Origin: Eukaryota sp. GEM-RC1
Taxonomy: Eukaryota
Assembly (NCBI GenBank): GCA_040285855.1
Contig: JAUFOQ010000005.1
Span: 2,108,001-2,172,000, forward strand
Length of the DNA: 64,000 nucleotides
Direction: 5' to 3'
The notes under the pieces were generated by a model. It made no database searches, was not told where the DNA came from, and saw only the letters and a program-made list of their open reading frames with translations. Shown here one piece after another: positions 41,600-52,843 of the stretch. The position numbers and the translations under genes were made by a program. Positions within the stretch are counted from its first letter, which is position 1; the number at the start of each line of letters is the position of its first letter.

Positions 41600-42595
41600 A
41601 ACATTAAAATAAACACAAATACTAGAATTCAATATCATTAAAGCAACAATCATTGCCATTAAAACTCACATCAGCTTTTTCTTCATAAAAAACACTGAGA
41701 GCTAATAGAGCTTTTGAAATCATGATAGGAATTGTTTTAAATATTGTAAAAACAATACGATTCAACCAAAATTTGAAATCAAATTTCTTCTTCATTCTTT
41801 TTTGACCACTTTCTCAAAATCAGAGAGAAAACAAAGAGCATCTCTACCAAGTCGACCATAAATTGAAATTGCAAAAGGACATAATTTGTACTCAACATGT
41901 CTAATATGTTTGAGAGCAGTCAGTGGTTCATCATATTTGTTTCTCTTGTATTGTTCTGAAGAATTCAATGGAGAAACTTCATTTTTAGCATCCTTGAATG
42001 CACTTTTTTTTGCAAACATCCACAGTAATCACATCAACAACGGTTAGTTCATCATTAACTGATGGAACTATAACATCAGCTCTTCGTTTACCAGAAGTCT
42101 TATCAGAATCACTATTTTTTGAATTATTGATTTCCAGTGATCTCAACAGTGGCTCAACGAAAGATTCGATTTTGTAGGACTTACACATTGCATGAATTTG
42201 ATCTCTAACAGCATCATGAATACAAGTTCTATAAGTAATGAAACGATTGCAACTCAAAAGGTGAGAAAAAGTAACTAATTTACCACATTTGCATTGAAGA
42301 TCATTGGGTAAATTAGAGGGCCACAAGAAACATCGAAGTCTGAATGTTGTAGTCCATTGATGATCATTCAACAACAAACCATAGATCTGAGGAATTTGGT
42401 TAATCAAAGCAACTGAAGAACTGTCCTTTAAATCGATTAAAAAATTTGCGAAAGCTGGATTTTTTTCTTTGGCCGCGCCAAGTCGAATTTTAAAATCCAG
42501 ACATTCAAAATGTTTTAAAAGGTGTTTTTGGAGTTTCTTAAGAGCAAATTTTAACGAGGTGACACATCGTTCTGGTATTTCACAAATATCCGCTG
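41600..42595 (-). mobile_element. CRE-like RLE non-LTR retrotransposon, 3' fragment
   Basis: CKC..HLLSC knuckle, IHDAVRD, VEP, RRADV...VVDV nuclease motif, KRNKY, PFAISIYG. Confidence 0.85.
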
Positions 42596-43461
42596 GAAAA
42601 CAAATGCATTTATACCAGTGAAATAAAAAACACCTTATCATCTCTACCATACCCCTTCCAAATCTACCATACATGCAAATAAACTGGGAAGACGACTTAC
42701 CTCTTCCAATAGACGCCAATGCTACTTATAGCTGTAAGGATGACCTTTACCTTGCTCTTATTCATGAATCTCTGTTTTCCAAAATGTCGCTACGGTACCT
42801 CAAACATCTCTGAGAGCTTCAACTCAGTTATTAAAGAAAACAGAGGGTATCCCTTAAATGAGCTGTTGGAGTGTATATGAGGAAAGATAAGAGAGTGACA
42901 AGAAAAATATGCAGGTCAAGCCCAGAGAGCAAAAACGCCATTAGTTTTGTCAGTCATGAACGTTATGGAGAACAGAATTGAAGAAGCTAGGATTTTGGAT
43001 TCACGGAAGAATGGGACCACGATTGAAGTCGGAAGAGGAAGAACTTATCTTGCGGAATTGGAGCAGAAACACTGTGATTGTGGTGTCTGGCAAACTTAGG
43101 CCATTCCTTGTTCCCATGCTGCCAAAGCATTGATGTCAGAGAATCTCAAACCTTTGGAATTTGTGGATAGTTGCTTCGAAACCAGAACACAGTGAAAGAT
43201 TTATGAATGTTGGGTCACCACCTAGGGACAAGAGTCAATGGGAAACTATCGCATTGACTTTAAATCCACCTCTTGTAAGAAGAGGAGTAGGTGCTTCAAA
43301 GAGGAAGCGTACTCGTAGTTTTCTAGAGCACTGAAGATACTTGTTATAAATAAAAACGATTTATTGACAAACAACTAAAGATGCAAGAATGGTAGAAATG
43401 CAATGGGTATGGTAGATTTGGAAAATGCACACGTGTTGAATGGTATTTTTGCAAAACGCCC
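42595..43461 (+). mobile_element. MULE/Mutator remnant
   Basis: SWIM motif CDCGVWQT*AIPCSHA at ~43070-43120; inverted ttccaaatctaccatac / gtatggtagatttggaa near the two ends; right end ...gcaaaacgccc. Confidence 0.65.
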
Positions 43462-44252
43462 TATTTTTGTTCACATTCACTATTAGATAGTGAACACTCA
43501 ATAGTGTAAGTACAGAATGAGTGTGATCAATTACGATTTATATTCGACAAGGAAATTAATGTTTAATTAATCAGAATGTTTAGTTAACATGCCTTGATTT
43601 ATTCAGAACAGTCTCATCTACTTACGATCGCTACAGCTTGCTACATTTCCCTTGTTTACGTGTGGTAGTGACGGTGCTATCACAATTAAATGTTATACAA
43701 TACACGTACTCCATCATATACAGATACCATTACCAACTATATCCGGTTCCCAAAATGATGACAGTCCTAAACAACTTTGAATTTTGAAGATCAGGCAAAT
43801 AACACTAAGACTAAATCCAAACGACTTTACACCTATCCGGTAAAAAATTACGGTTTTCAACATTAACCTTCACGTCAATCATGTACAATTTCTTAACAAA
43901 AGATGAATTTGTGTCTACTTTAGAGAAGCCTCTGGTATACTCTGTCTAAACGACGTGGTGTGGTTTTCCTAATTTACCCCAATGATTTATGTTCATTTAT
44001 AGCTGGAATGGCCAAGGTTTCAGCTTTACAAAGTATACAGAGACTGATGGTCTTTATCAGTAACTATATTCTCATCAGTTAAGAAAAAATTTGGAGAAAT
44101 ATATGTTGAATTGATGGACAACTTATGAGTTTTCTTCAATTTGAAACTCAAATGTTTTTAGTCTATAATTACAGTACCAACTATTTTAATCATAGCTTGA
44201 AATTACATAATTTTTTCATAACAATTTGGTAAACTAAGAATAATTTCTATAA
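43462..44252. repeat. Dispersed repeat, copy 2 (see 366-1110)
   Basis: Collinear with 366-1110. Confidence 0.85.
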
Positions 44253-44424
44253 TAATAATAAAAATAATCTTGTTTTCACCATATTTGTCGAAGTTACACA
44301 CGTATTATTGTCTCGTGTATTACTCTATAATGCAAGTTAGAACGTTTCAGAGCTTTCTGATTTCAAATAAGAAGAAAAACCTCATTATTATCAGTAGAAA
44401 ATGTACAAGTAGATGATTTTCGAT

Positions 44425-44638
44425 CAGTGAACGCTAACACGTAACACGGCCTGACACGTAACACGCGTGTTAACACGTGTTAGGAATTTTCGCTGATTCT
44501 TAACACGCAAATATCGGTTACTATTTTCGGTCTGGAATGATGTGAAGATGTCTTTTGTTGCTAAAAGAATGAAATACTCTCATTTAGCAGTCAGAAACAC
44601 TGTCAGAAACACGTGTTAACACGTGTTAGCGTTCACTG
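44425..44638. mobile_element. Small hAT-type MITE (214 bp)
   Basis: TIR cagtgaacgctaacacgt; TSD ttttcgat/gtttcgat; subterminal aacacg repeats. Confidence 0.85.
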
Positions 44639-44849
44639 GTTTCGATTATTAGCCATTACAAAATTCTGTTTTGATCTATAATTTCTATAACGATCAATGT
44701 TATGGAATTACGCTTGTAATAATAAAAATATTAATTTTCACAGTTTATAATTTCAAGCTATGATTTTAATTGAGTATGTTCATCAAAAACAAATTTGTAG
44801 TCCTTTAACTATTTTGACAAAATTTTAGACCAAAATTACTCAGCTCTTG

Positions 44850-45140
44850 AAACTGCTGAAAGGAATAAATTTAATCGTTATGGCGAATTAATTTCCAAGA
44901 TGAATTCTCGCCGACACAAACCTTTTGTTTTTCATCCTTTTGCTATTTCTCTTTTTGGAACGTTTGGTTGCTTCGGTCAACAATTTCTCACATATTTTGG
45001 CAAATTGTGTAAGCAGTATGGAAAGAATTGTAATGAAAGTTACTGGAGAGGAAGTCGTTTTCCCTTTCAAAGCATTGTTTAGGTATTTTGATTCGATTTT
45101 AAACCGTCTCTTTGCATTGAGACATGAATTTGAGATGATG
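44850..45140 (+). mobile_element. Short 3' remnant of a CRE-like RLE element (a similar remnant lies at ~51240-51500)
   Basis: FHPFAISLFGTFG, homologous to the FQPFVVSLFG segments. Confidence 0.6.
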
Positions 45141-45304
45141 TAGATGTATTTGTATCTCATTTGTTAATATTGATGATAGTTTGTATTTGTAAGAGTAAAT
45201 AAGAGGCGTCCTTTAACTTATTTGTTGTTTATTATATTTACTTCATTTCAACAGATATACATTAACTGAAATGAAAAACAATTTTATACTAATTTTAGAA
45301 CTAA

Positions 45305-46648
45305 TTAGGACCCATTGAGTTGTTCTACTCCCACTATTTTAAGTCTAGGATTAACTTTTATAGTCTCTGCCAAAGCTCTAACACCTTCATCTCCAAGAGA
45401 GTTGTCCCGCAGATTAATACTTGAAACCGTAGTGTTAACTTTTAACGCCTCTGCAAAAGCCCTGGCACCGTCATCTCCAATAGAGTTATCCTCCAGATCA
45501 ATACTTGTAACTGAAGCATTCACTTTCAACGCCTCTGCTAAAGCTCTGGCACCTTCATCACCAATAGAGTTATACTCCAGATCAATACTTGTAACTGAAG
45601 CATTCACTTTCAACGCCTCTGCTAAAGCTCTGGCACCTTCATCACCAATAGAGTTATACTCCAGATCAATACTTGTAACTGAAGCATTCAATTTCAACGC
45701 CTCTGCCAAAGCTCTGGCACCTTCAACCCCAATAGAGTTGGACTTCAGATTAACACTTGTAACAGAAACATTAACTTTCAACGCCTCTGCCAAAGCTCGG
45801 ACACCTTCAGCTCCAATAGAGTTGTAACTCAGATTTACACTTGTAACAGAAACATTAACTTTCAACGCCTCTGCCAAAGCTCGGACACCTTCAGCTCCAA
45901 TAGAGTTGTAACTCAGATTAACACTTGTAACAGAAACATTAACTTTCAACGCCTCTGCCAAAGCTCGGGCACCTTCAGCTCCAATAGAGTTGTAACCCAG
46001 ATTAACACTGGTAACGGAGGTATTGGTTTTCAACGCTTCAATCAATAACATAGAAACAGAGGTGCGTTGGAACACTGATACTTCTAGTTGCTTAAGACGT
46101 GGAATTAAAGAGGAAGAATTGTTTAGAAACTCTAAATCAGAGGGTTCCATTAGAACGATTCTCAATCCTGTAATTATACCAGAATAATTAAGAAACTTCT
46201 CCATTTCTAAAATTCCGTAAACGTCCAAGAAAACAGACTGTAGATCCACTCCAAAGAAAGAAGCAAGTGAAATCAGTTTGGGGAAGTCTTCATCATCGGC
46301 ACGAAAGGTGTGTAATTGAAAATAGACTTTAACTGCTTGGTATGAAGAATCAAGGAAGTGACTACTTACATAGCCAACTTGTCCAAAGAATGCAGGTAAT
46401 GCTGTTTTCAAAGCAGTGAGTTCAAGATTAGTTCGATTATGATTATTTCCGAGAGTATCCTTGAGAAGACGTCTCAGCAAATGAAGGTGGATAAGAATCA
46501 ATAAAGTCTGCTGAACATGAACACGTTTAGAGGAAGAAACTGTGGATGAAGACAATACAGATAGTTCGCCACAATTAGACATCACAGAGGAGATACTGGA
46601 AGGGGATGAACGACTCCTTTTCAAAGATTCAGGACAAGGTGTGACCAT
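45305..46648 (-). CDS. LRR family gene, copy 5 (intact, about 9 LRRs)
   Basis: Uninterrupted from MVTPCPESLKRSRS (ATG 46648) to the stop codon. Confidence 0.9.
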   Translation of the reverse strand: MVTPCPESLKRSRSSPSSISSVMSNCGELSVLSSSTVSSSKRVHVQQTLLILIHLHLLRRLLKDTLGNNHNRTNLELTALKTALPAFFGQVGYVSSHFLDSSYQAVKVYFQLHTFRADDEDFPKLISLASFFGVDLQSVFLDVYGILEMEKFLNYSGIITGLRIVLMEPSDLEFLNNSSSLIPRLKQLEVSVFQRTSVSMLLIEALKTNTSVTSVNLGYNSIGAEGARALAEALKVNVSVTSVNLSYNSIGAEGVRALAEALKVNVSVTSVNLSYNSIGAEGVRALAEALKVNVSVTSVNLKSNSIGVEGARALAEALKLNASVTSIDLEYNSIGDEGARALAEALKVNASVTSIDLEYNSIGDEGARALAEALKVNASVTSIDLEDNSIGDDGARAFAEALKVNTTVSSINLRDNSLGDEGVRALAETIKVNPRLKIVGVEQLNGS

Positions 46649-47396
46649 TGATGCTGAAGAAATGGGGTTTTTCTGCATTCTCTCAAACCAACTTCTATTA
46701 AAACCATAAACCATTCGAAATCTCCGGACGATAAGTGTGGTGAATCTATTTCTTCCATCATGAATCATTCTTGAAGACATCCTGATGCTTGTCCTCAAGA
46801 TGACGTGTTGTTCTGTTCAAAATAAATGCTAGAGTATATCATTGACCGACTCTTTTGTAATGGATTGTCCTTTTTGATGACGTGTCACGTCATTGAATAT
46901 CTAAATAATGTAACGATTCAACGTGACCTTCACATCCAAAACGATTTAACAGTTAGTGTTGAGTTCTTGGTTGAGAGTGACACAATATTATTCACAGTAA
47001 GTTTGTGGATTGAGAACCAAGATTCCCTCCAATTACTACAGGAGAATCAATTACGGTCACGTTTGCTGATGGTTATGTGTACTTCAAACCTTCTACGTGT
47101 ACCACTACTTTCAGTATCGAAAACCCTAAAAATTTGGTTTTCGGAGTGTATCTGTATTGGCATAATAAGGAATGGAAAGTGGAACGTATTTGATTTTTCG
47201 TTTGTCTTATATGATTTATAAAGGCATCTGATTGTAATTTAAATGAATAAAATTAGGAATTAGTTATCGTTTTAAAAATCCGTTAGAAATCGTCATCTGA
47301 ATCAGATCAAGTTGTATCACTATAATCATAACGAAAAAAATGGGGTTTATGATCAATCACTGAAATAGATGCATTTGCAGAAAATAAACAATATCA

Positions 47397-48495
47397 TCAT
47401 CTACTATCATATATGCCTTGATGTGAATACTTTACATCTACTTTGGTATTAACTTTCAATGCATCTACCAAAGCTTCGGCACCTTCATATCTAATAGAGT
47501 TATACTCCAGATCAACACTGGTAATTGCAGAATTAACTTTCAACGCCTCTGCCAAAGCTTCGGCACCTTCATCTCCAATAGAGTTTAAACTCAAATCAAC
47601 ACTTGTAACTGAAGCATTAACTTTCAACGCATCTGCCAAAGCTCTAGCACCTTCATTTCCGATAGAGTTGAATTTAAGATCAACACTGGTAACTGAAGCA
47701 TTCACTTTCAACGCCTCTGCAAAAGCTCTGGCACCTTCAATTCCGATAGAGTTGAGGTTAAGATCAACACTGGTAACTGAAGCATTCACTTTCAACGCCT
47801 CTGCCAAAGCTCTGGCACCTTCATATCCAATAGAGTTATCCCACAGATTAACACTTGTAATTGAAGTACTAACTTTCAACGCTTCAATCAATAACATAGA
47901 AACAGAGGTGCGTTCGAACACTTCTACTTCTAGCTGCTTAAGACGTGGAAACAAAGAAGAAGAATTGTTTAGAAACTCTAAATCAGAGGGTTCCATTAGT
48001 TTGATTCTCAATCCTGTAATTACACCAGAATAATTAAGACACTTCTCAATTTCTAAGCTTCCGTAAGTGTACAAGTAAACAGATTGTAGATATGCTCCAA
48101 AAGAAAGATGCAAGTGAAATTAGTTTGCGAAGGTGTTTGAGATCAGCATGAAAGGTGTGTACTGCAAAATACATTTTAACTGCTTGGAATGAGGAATCAA
48201 GGAAGTGATTACTTACATAGCCAACTTGTCCAAAGAATGCAGGTAATGCTGTTTTCAAAGCAGAAAGATGACGATTAGTTCGATCCTCAACAAAGTCGAG
48301 AGGATCCATGAGTAGACGTCTCAGCAAGTGGAGATGGATAAGAATCAACAAAGTTTGCTGAACATGGACACGTTTAGAGGGAGGAGGTGTGAATGAAGAA
48401 AATACAGACAGTTCGTCAGAGTTAGACATCGCAGAGGAGATATTGGAAGGGGATGAACGACTTCTTTTCAAAGATTCAGGACAAAGTGTGACCAT
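47397..48495 (-). CDS. LRR family gene, copy 6; frameshift near 48100
   Basis: ORFs 48046-48495 and 47397-48113 are collinear with the paralogues. Confidence 0.8.
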
Positions 48496-48810
48496 TGATC
48501 AAGAAATGAGGTTTGCACTTGGGATTAAAATCATGAACCCTCCGAATTTTCAAGTCACTAAAGCAACATTGTCAAAGAATCCTTTACAAGTGTTGTGTAA
48601 AGTACATTTAATATAGTATTCCTCTCTGAGCAATGAAAAATCACTAATGGTCATACATAAAGTTGAGTTCAGTGATGTTAAAGAAATAGAATACATCATT
48701 AGAAAATTCCGTAAATGTGTTGATTAACGCCTTTGTACAAGGAAAGAGATTTATAATGACTTAATTTCTATCTTACTACAACAAGTGCCGCAAATTACAA
48801 TACGCTAAAC

Positions 48811-49523
48811 CAGTGATGTACAAAAATGGCAGCCGTAAATACGGTAACTTTTCAAGTTTGCCGTAAATTATTTCCGTATTTTTACATTTGCCGTATTTTA
48901 CGGCAAGTTTGAAACGAAGTGAGAATACGCCAAATACGGAAAATTATTTTTATAATTGATCCTACAAAAACTAATAGCAAATAAAGATCAAAACCGTGAT
49001 CCATCACTAATCAGAATAGGGATGTTAATATTGTTCTGAATGACCTGCATGCAGAACCGTTTCAACACTGTCCAGCAGTTTCTATGTAGAGAAGAAAAAG
49101 TTGACGTCTTAAAGGTGTCCACTTCAAACGATGACGATGATCAACATAATACGGTTTTTCGAGTTGTCTTAGCAGGATTATCACATTTGAGTAATAAAAA
49201 CAATAAGGTTGTACCAGCTTCTAAGTATTTCAGCACTTGTCGTGTATCCGACCCAGTCAATTCTCTTCTTTAATGTACAAGGGGGATATAGAATGGCTCA
49301 GTTGTTACAGAACTGATCAAAATAATCAAGAATGCTTTGATGTTTCGATTTACGGGGTGTACAAATAGAGTATTTTATATTCTCACTACGGAAACATTTG
49401 CCGTAAATAATTTCCGTGTTTTTACATTTACCGTATTTTACGGATACCGAGTATAGTGCCGTACCGTATTTTACGGTAGTGTACGGCAAAAAGTGTACGG
49501 TACGCTATTTTTGTACATCACTG
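48811..49523. mobile_element. Inner hAT-type MITE unit (second left end plus the shared right end)
   Basis: Left end cagtgatgtacaaaaatggc, homologous over ~145 bp to 41413-41560; ccgta/tacgg subterminal repeats; its left flank (cgctaaac) does not match the right flank. Confidence 0.8.
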
Positions 49524-49602
49524 GTTTAACAAATAATCAACGATGAGCAAGCGAAGACGGAACCAATTGATTTAGACAAGGAAGTACTAAAACAAAATAA
49601 AA

Positions 49603-50588
49603 ATGGCAGACCCATTGTCCTTACTTCCTCCTCCAACAATGCCTCCACCTTCTGCTCCTCTTGATTCTTCTTTATCTGATGTGGAACAACTTGAAATTCC
49701 TTCTATAGACACAGTAAATAACATGGACATCGAAAACGATATTGAACAGATTGCCGAGCTCGCAACTAGCCTTGAAAACCATCGTCTCACTTGTGAGCAG
49801 AAAGGAAAGTATCTCGAAGCCGAACAAGCCAAACTCAAACTTCAACAACTCCGTCATTTGATTGCTGAAAAGAAGAAAGATGATATACTGCTTCGTCAAC
49901 AAGAAGAAGTTGATGATCTTAGAGATTATCATTCCTCTGAACTGGACAATATCATCAATGATTGGGATCAAAAGGAACGTGAGCTTAATGCGCGGTTACT
50001 CAAGGAGTTGGAAGACATAAAAGCTCTACAGCGGGAGGAAGAGGACACGTTGACCACAGAACAGGAGCAACTTATTGAAACCTCTCGAGTCAGACCTAGC
50101 GCTGCTCTCCTAGATCTTCGTAAGATAGAGTTAACCCTTGCTAAGGCCAGTAACTACTCTGAAGCTGCTAAAATCAAAAGGACGCCGATCTACGTGAGGC
50201 TTTTGAGCTAGAGAAGACTCGTAATACACTTCGCACCACATTTCAAAGTAAGCTACGAAAACTACAAACAAAACATAAGAACCAACTCTCAGCCATGAAC
50301 CGCCGTTTTTCCACTGCAAAGTCTGAATTCGAGTGTAAAAGGAACAAAGCCCTGGACATTGCTCAAAAGAAACTACGCAACGCACTTCACGAACAGAGCC
50401 TACAACATGGATTAGAGGTGGTTGCTGTGGATAAGGCCTTTGGACTTAAACAGTCTAATCATAGTGAGGAAGTACATTCTCCTAGGGGTGGAAGTCCCAG
50501 ACCTAAGCCAAAGGTACGTAAACCATTGTCAGCGTCACCATTTGTTTCTTCTGGATCTTTTGTGAAAAAAAGCAAGAAGCGATATTAA
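49603..50588 (+). CDS. Coiled-coil protein of unknown function; frameshift near 50178
   Basis: ORFs 49603-50211 and 50295-50588; heptad-rich, with YLEAEQAK / NYSEAAKIK motifs. Confidence 0.7.
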
Positions 50589-52324
50589 TATTAATGCATC
50601 ATATTGTACAATAAATTAGCCTTTTTTAAGGAAATGAGTGGAATTAGTTTGTGATAAAAGAATGTTGTATTGTGTTGTGATTTTGGAAGGAAACACGAAA
50701 TGTCAGAATTTTGTAATAGATCTGGCCTTTTTTTAGCATCAGTTTTTTAACGTTACAATATTGCTAGCATGAGCAAGGAAAAATCATGTTAAATCTTATG
50801 GGGGATGTTTCTATCAGCTCTGCTTCATGTCTGATTACTCAAATTTACGATAATTTTACTTATAATATCTCTTGGTCATTGAGCGTGTGTATTCACTCAA
50901 GAATACACACCATGTATACAGACGGTGAAACTAACAATTGAACAGAGCTGTACCTACAGTTCCTAATTTATTTACTTCGATCTTTTAAATATGTAATAAA
51001 ATAAAAGAAACTGTAACAATTTTCTCTAAATCTAGATCTGCGTCACTGTGCCTTCCAAACTAGGTCCATGTCTGTAGAAAACTCGTCTAATACTAGTATC
51101 TTGTTCATTCTGAATTAATCCAGAGCTTCTTCACCCGTATAGTACCAAGACTTCAACAGAACTGAAATGGTTCACGTGATTTACAAAAGAAGCGGACGTA
51201 TGTACTGAGGCAAACACACAACAAGAAATTGCAGGCTAATTGATTTGTAATCCAAAGATGTTGCTCACCTCAATCACAAAATTTATTCGAAATTAGTATT
51301 TGTTCCATTTGCTATTTCTATTTTTGGTGGTATTGACATGGCTTCTCAGTTTTTAACTGACTTTGGATCTATGTGTAAGTCTCAGAATAAGAGATTTAAC
51401 TTATCAATTTGGCATAACCCTTTGATTTTTTCTCTGTTCCGTTCAATTCCTAAGTTTATTTAATCAATTATCATAAAATTGTATAAGAACTGTAGTAGTA
51501 TTAACCAGGCATTTTCTATGTCTAGTGTTTGATAGCTGTTATTTTGATATGTATTTTTGCCCCTTCATCAATGAACAGTTTGTTATTAACACCCAGCGAT
51601 AGTACTGGATGTTGTTCACTGATACCAAATTTTAGTTGTTTAGTATAATTCACTTGGTATACATAAATATTGTAGATATTCATCAGAGTGATCTTTAGCA
51701 GGGTGAGTAGTAACGATGTGAGACATAATTAACCATAGTGACGAGAAAAGTGTTCTCTTTGTTGTATGATTCTAGTTCAGAAGTTGACCAGGAGCCTTTT
51801 CAGGACATTGTGGTGATTTGGCGATAATCGTTTTTGTAGGAGGCTGAAGATGCACTTTATTTCTGTTATTTCTGTTATTTCTGTTATTATTTGTGTTGGT
51901 TTCGTTCAAAGTTGCTTGTTTTAGAACATGTACAATTTGCGGCGGCAAAATTTAAATGTATATCGATTCAACTATTGAATCTTCCTGATTGCCAGGACAA
52001 CAGATACGACAACAACAGTATACGCCAAAATACAAAAATATTAATTTGAATATTTGTTTTTCAATTTTAAATTACAGTATTTTATGAATCGATATGTATT
52101 CTTTATGTATTTTTTTTCAAAACTATTTGTAATTTCCTTGAGTGATCCATGTGCTCCTTTCAGTTCTTGTAGATCCCCTGGGTGGATTCCTGTGTTTACC
52201 TCTCCCGCTGATTGTTCTTTTCGTGTCTCTTCAGTCTTTGACAGTTGCTTTGCAAAAAATGATTTGTAGCTTTAAGTTATGTGGACATTTGACGTTGAAG
52301 TCCCACATCCTGAAATACTATACC

Positions 52325-52640
52325 CATATTTTCTCGAGGCGTTCCTTTGTTTATACTCTTCTTTCCAACTTTTCATCAACCAAACACGATCACGTGTTTA
52401 AGGATATGCCAAGAGAACATATTTTCTCGAGGCGTTCCTTTGTTCTACCTTTGTTACATGGTTTGTTTACTCACTTTTCGTCACTCAAACACGATCACGT
52501 GTTTAAGGATGTGCCAAGAGAACATATTTTCTCGAGGCGTTCCTTTGTTTATACTCTTCTTTCCAACTTTTCGTCACTCAAACACGATCACGTGTTTAAG
52601 GATGTGCCAAGAGAACATATTTTCTCGAGGCGTTCCTTTT
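52325..52640. repeat. Tandem repeats (units of 93, 105 and 93 bp plus a partial fourth) with internal hairpins
   Basis: catattttctcgaggcgttcc starts at 52325, 52418, 52523 and 52616; each full unit carries aaacacg-atca-cgtgttt. Confidence 0.9.
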
Positions 52641-52789
52641 TCTCTCATGGATTCTCGAATTATTCTATGTTGTTTCTTCTTTTGTTGTTGTTAGGGAAAG
52701 TCTTGAGTTCGTCTCAGTCGTTGTTTTGTTTTTACGATCATAAAGTCAGCACTTGTATGGTTTTTCTACAATCAAGTCTCCAGTCATCA

Positions 52790-52843
52790 CAATTTCTCCG
52801 TGATTTGACTATGGACGGAGACATAGAGTCAAACCCTGGTCCT
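52790..52843 (+). other. 2A-like ribosomal skipping (StopGo) peptide
   Basis: QFLRDLTMDGDIESNPGP matches the D(V/I)ExNPGP consensus and has the typical L..L...GD upstream context. Confidence 0.85.

Larger units (their letters stand above)
41413..49523. mobile_element. 8.1-kb composite bounded by hAT-type TIRs and an 8-bp TSD, containing two LRR genes
   Basis: Perfect 19-bp TIR cagtgatgtacaaaaatag; gtttaaca at both 41405-41412 and 49524-49531. Confidence 0.75.

Noticed and set aside
4098..48033. Antisense ORFs of the type LTFNASAKALAPSSPIEL
   Set aside because: Shadow frames of the LRR repeats
52325..52640. CRISPR array
   Set aside because: Units are 93-105 bp, the variable blocks of units 1 and 3 are nearly identical, the context is eukaryotic and no cas genes are present
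52142..52666. N-terminal coding extension of the Fanzor polyprotein
   Set aside because: Non-ATG start and repeat-derived peptide; ATG 52667 is the more plausible start, though this is unproven
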